Shown: in pieces, positions 30,826 through 32,000 of the stretch | Position numbering within the stretch: the stretch's first letter is position 1 | Layout: each line of letters starts with the position of its first letter | Source of the DNA: Ktedonobacterales bacterium | GTDB taxonomy: Bacteria; Chloroflexota; Ktedonobacteria; Ktedonobacterales; JADMIN01 | NCBI GenBank assembly: GCA_030167145.1 | Contig: CP126532.1 | Coordinates: forward strand, 1,110,001 to 1,142,000 | Direction of reading: 5' to 3' | Length of the DNA: 32,000 bases | Translations under genes and position numbers: made by a program | The notes under the pieces: generated by a model | What the model saw: the letters and a program-made list of their open reading frames with translations, nothing else | What the model was told of the DNA's origin: nothing | Databases searched by the model: none

Positions 30826-31479
30826 TTATGCACTGATCGCGCTACTGTCGCGTCCCTGTCCATCGGGCGCGGCTGCGGATGTGGCAATAGGCTGCACGAC
30901 GATTTCGGCGGCGCGCAGGCGGCGCAGACTCCGATTCTCCTGGGCGTAGGGAATCGGGTCGAAGATGAGTTCTTCGAGGGTATCCCACATGACTACCCAC
31001 ACATACACCGAGGCGCTGCCGAAGACGACCACCTGGATCGGCTGCCCTGCCTGTGACAGTACGCTGATGTAGAGCAGATAGGCAACCGCGAGCACCACCG
31101 CAGAGGTTATGCTGGCGATGATAAGTTGGCGGCGCGCATGCTCGCGCGCGATGCGGATCGCCAGCTCGTTGTCGTTGATTTTGGCATCGCAGTAGCGATG
31201 GATTGCCTGGGTCACCTGGGCTGACCCGCGCTCCGGCGTGAGCTGGCTCGCGGGCACGCGCAGTGTCAGGCGTACACGGCGCTTGTCGCCCAGCTTGTGA
31301 ACCTGAAGCTCGCGCACGACGCGATGCAGCGCAGGCTCGCCTATCGCGCGCAGATCACTATCTACGAATGGGTTGACTGCTGGCGCGTTGAAGAGGTCGT
31401 CGAGCGTCGCCACGGTCATCGCCATGTCGTAGGTGTCCGCTGTATCGGTTGTTGTCGCCGCCGCGCTAGCCTGCGTCAT
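30826..31479 (-). CDS. Two-helix membrane protein of unknown function
   Basis: SD aaggatgagg. A soluble N-terminal ~120 aa is followed by two hydrophobic helices (LIIASITSAVVLAVAYLLYISVL, IQVVVFGSASVYVWVVMW). No family recognised. Confidence 0.65.
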   Translation of the reverse strand: MTQASAAATTTDTADTYDMAMTVATLDDLFNAPAVNPFVDSDLRAIGEPALHRVVRELQVHKLGDKRRVRLTLRVPASQLTPERGSAQVTQAIHRYCDAKINDNELAIRIAREHARRQLIIASITSAVVLAVAYLLYISVLSQAGQPIQVVVFGSASVYVWVVMWDTLEELIFDPIPYAQENRSLRRLRAAEIVVQPIATSAAAPDGQGRDSSAISA

Positions 31480-31697
31480 CGGCGTACCTCATCCTTACGT
31501 GCCGCATACATTTTGTGACGCGCACATGCCGTGTTGCCAGCACCTATCGCACGTTGTATGCCGGGGTGTTGGGTGCATTGTTCCGAGCTGACAGAGTAGC
31601 GAAGCAGTTGCGCCACCTGGATGAGCCACGTGATAGACTGCAAGCAACATGTGCCCGCCTGACCCGTACATCAGCGCACACGAGGAGGAGCGCATCA

Positions 31698-32000
31698 ATG
31701 GGCCTCACGCATGAAGCATTGTTGCGCGCCGTCTGCTATCTGCCGGAGGACTATTACCCCTACGGGAGTAACATGGACCGTGAGGCAGATCCGAACGTAG
31801 ACCTGGCGCAGATGAGCGACACGGAAGTTGCGGCATACTTCGAGAGGATCGAAGGACGCTACCACGGTGATTGCTCCTGCGGCTGCCGCTGGTTCGTGCA
31901 ACTGATCGGGGCGGTCGGCATGGATTGGGGCGCTTGCTACAATCCGGCGAGCCATCGCTGCGGACTGCTGACCTTCGAGCACCAGGGCTGCCCGCAATTC
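31698..32000 (+). CDS. Cys-rich protein, 3' end beyond the window (possibly DUF3027-like); not in the ORF track
   Basis: ATG 31698 follows a strong SD gaggagga (31682-31689). There are 101 codons without a stop to the window edge: MGLTHEALLRAVCYLPEDYYPYGSNMDREADPNVDLAQMSDTEVAAYFERIEGRYHGDCSCGCRWFVQLIGAVGMDWGACYNPASHRCGLLTFEHQGCPQF. The DWG.C.N..S...G...FEHQGC pattern matches my recollection of DUF3027. The family call is tentative. Confidence 0.6.
   Translation, partial: MGLTHEALLRAVCYLPEDYYPYGSNMDREADPNVDLAQMSDTEVAAYFERIEGRYHGDCSCGCRWFVQLIGAVGMDWGACYNPASHRCGLLTFEHQGCPQF

Noticed and set aside
31695-31997. A 100-aa minus-strand ORF at the window end.
   Set aside because: It is antisense to the SD-preceded Cys-rich plus-strand ORF. 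It has no SD and an Ala/Arg-rich composition.
1-32000. Search for tRNA, rRNA, CRISPR arrays, IS elements, integrases and large dispersed DNA repeats.
   Set aside because: I recognised none by eye on either strand. The only repeats found are the short ones listed as features. A computational scan (tRNAscan-SE, Infernal/Rfam, ISEScan, self-dotplot) would be needed to be certain.

Overview
High-GC, gene-dense bacterial chromosomal window with about 28 supportable protein-coding genes. I found no rRNA, tRNA, CRISPR array or transposase. The abundance of Hanks-type Ser/Thr kinases, an FHA fusion and an HTH-AAA-TPR protein suggests a signalling-rich Chloroflexota or Actinomycetota-like organism, but that taxonomic guess is inference only. 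In order, the window holds: (1) the 3' part of an ABC exporter whose ATPase is fused to an FHA domain, co-operonic with a membrane-anchored beta-propeller; (2) a ferredoxin-fused GltD-family flavoprotein followed by two tandem paralogous polytopic membrane proteins of unknown family; (3) an Hsp20 gene divergent from a sulfur-trafficking cluster (DsrE-like, DUF2892, TusA-like, SQR-like, single-Cys disulfide-reductase homologue); (4) a glycine-zipper stress protein, a crotonase, and a ParE-like toxin/antitoxin pair in an AT-richer islet; (5) a secreted lipoprotein, an orphan LivJ-type binding protein and a DUF5666-like secreted protein; (6) the most unusual part, a 12.4-kb same-strand, tightly coupled module at 16776-29190. 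This module encodes a receptor tandem kinase-pseudokinase, an HTH-STAND-TPR protein, a soluble kinase, an ATP-grasp ligase, a four-domain ABC exporter (degenerate peptidase-MA-like N-domain, TMD, NBD, cNMP-binding-like domain), a second ATP-grasp ligase, and a 58-codon zinc-ribbon ORF that is absent from the ORF track; (7) a patatin-like phospholipase, an unknown membrane protein, and a Cys-rich ORF that runs off the 3' edge and is also absent from the ORF track. All functional calls come from motif reading by eye. No database search was run.
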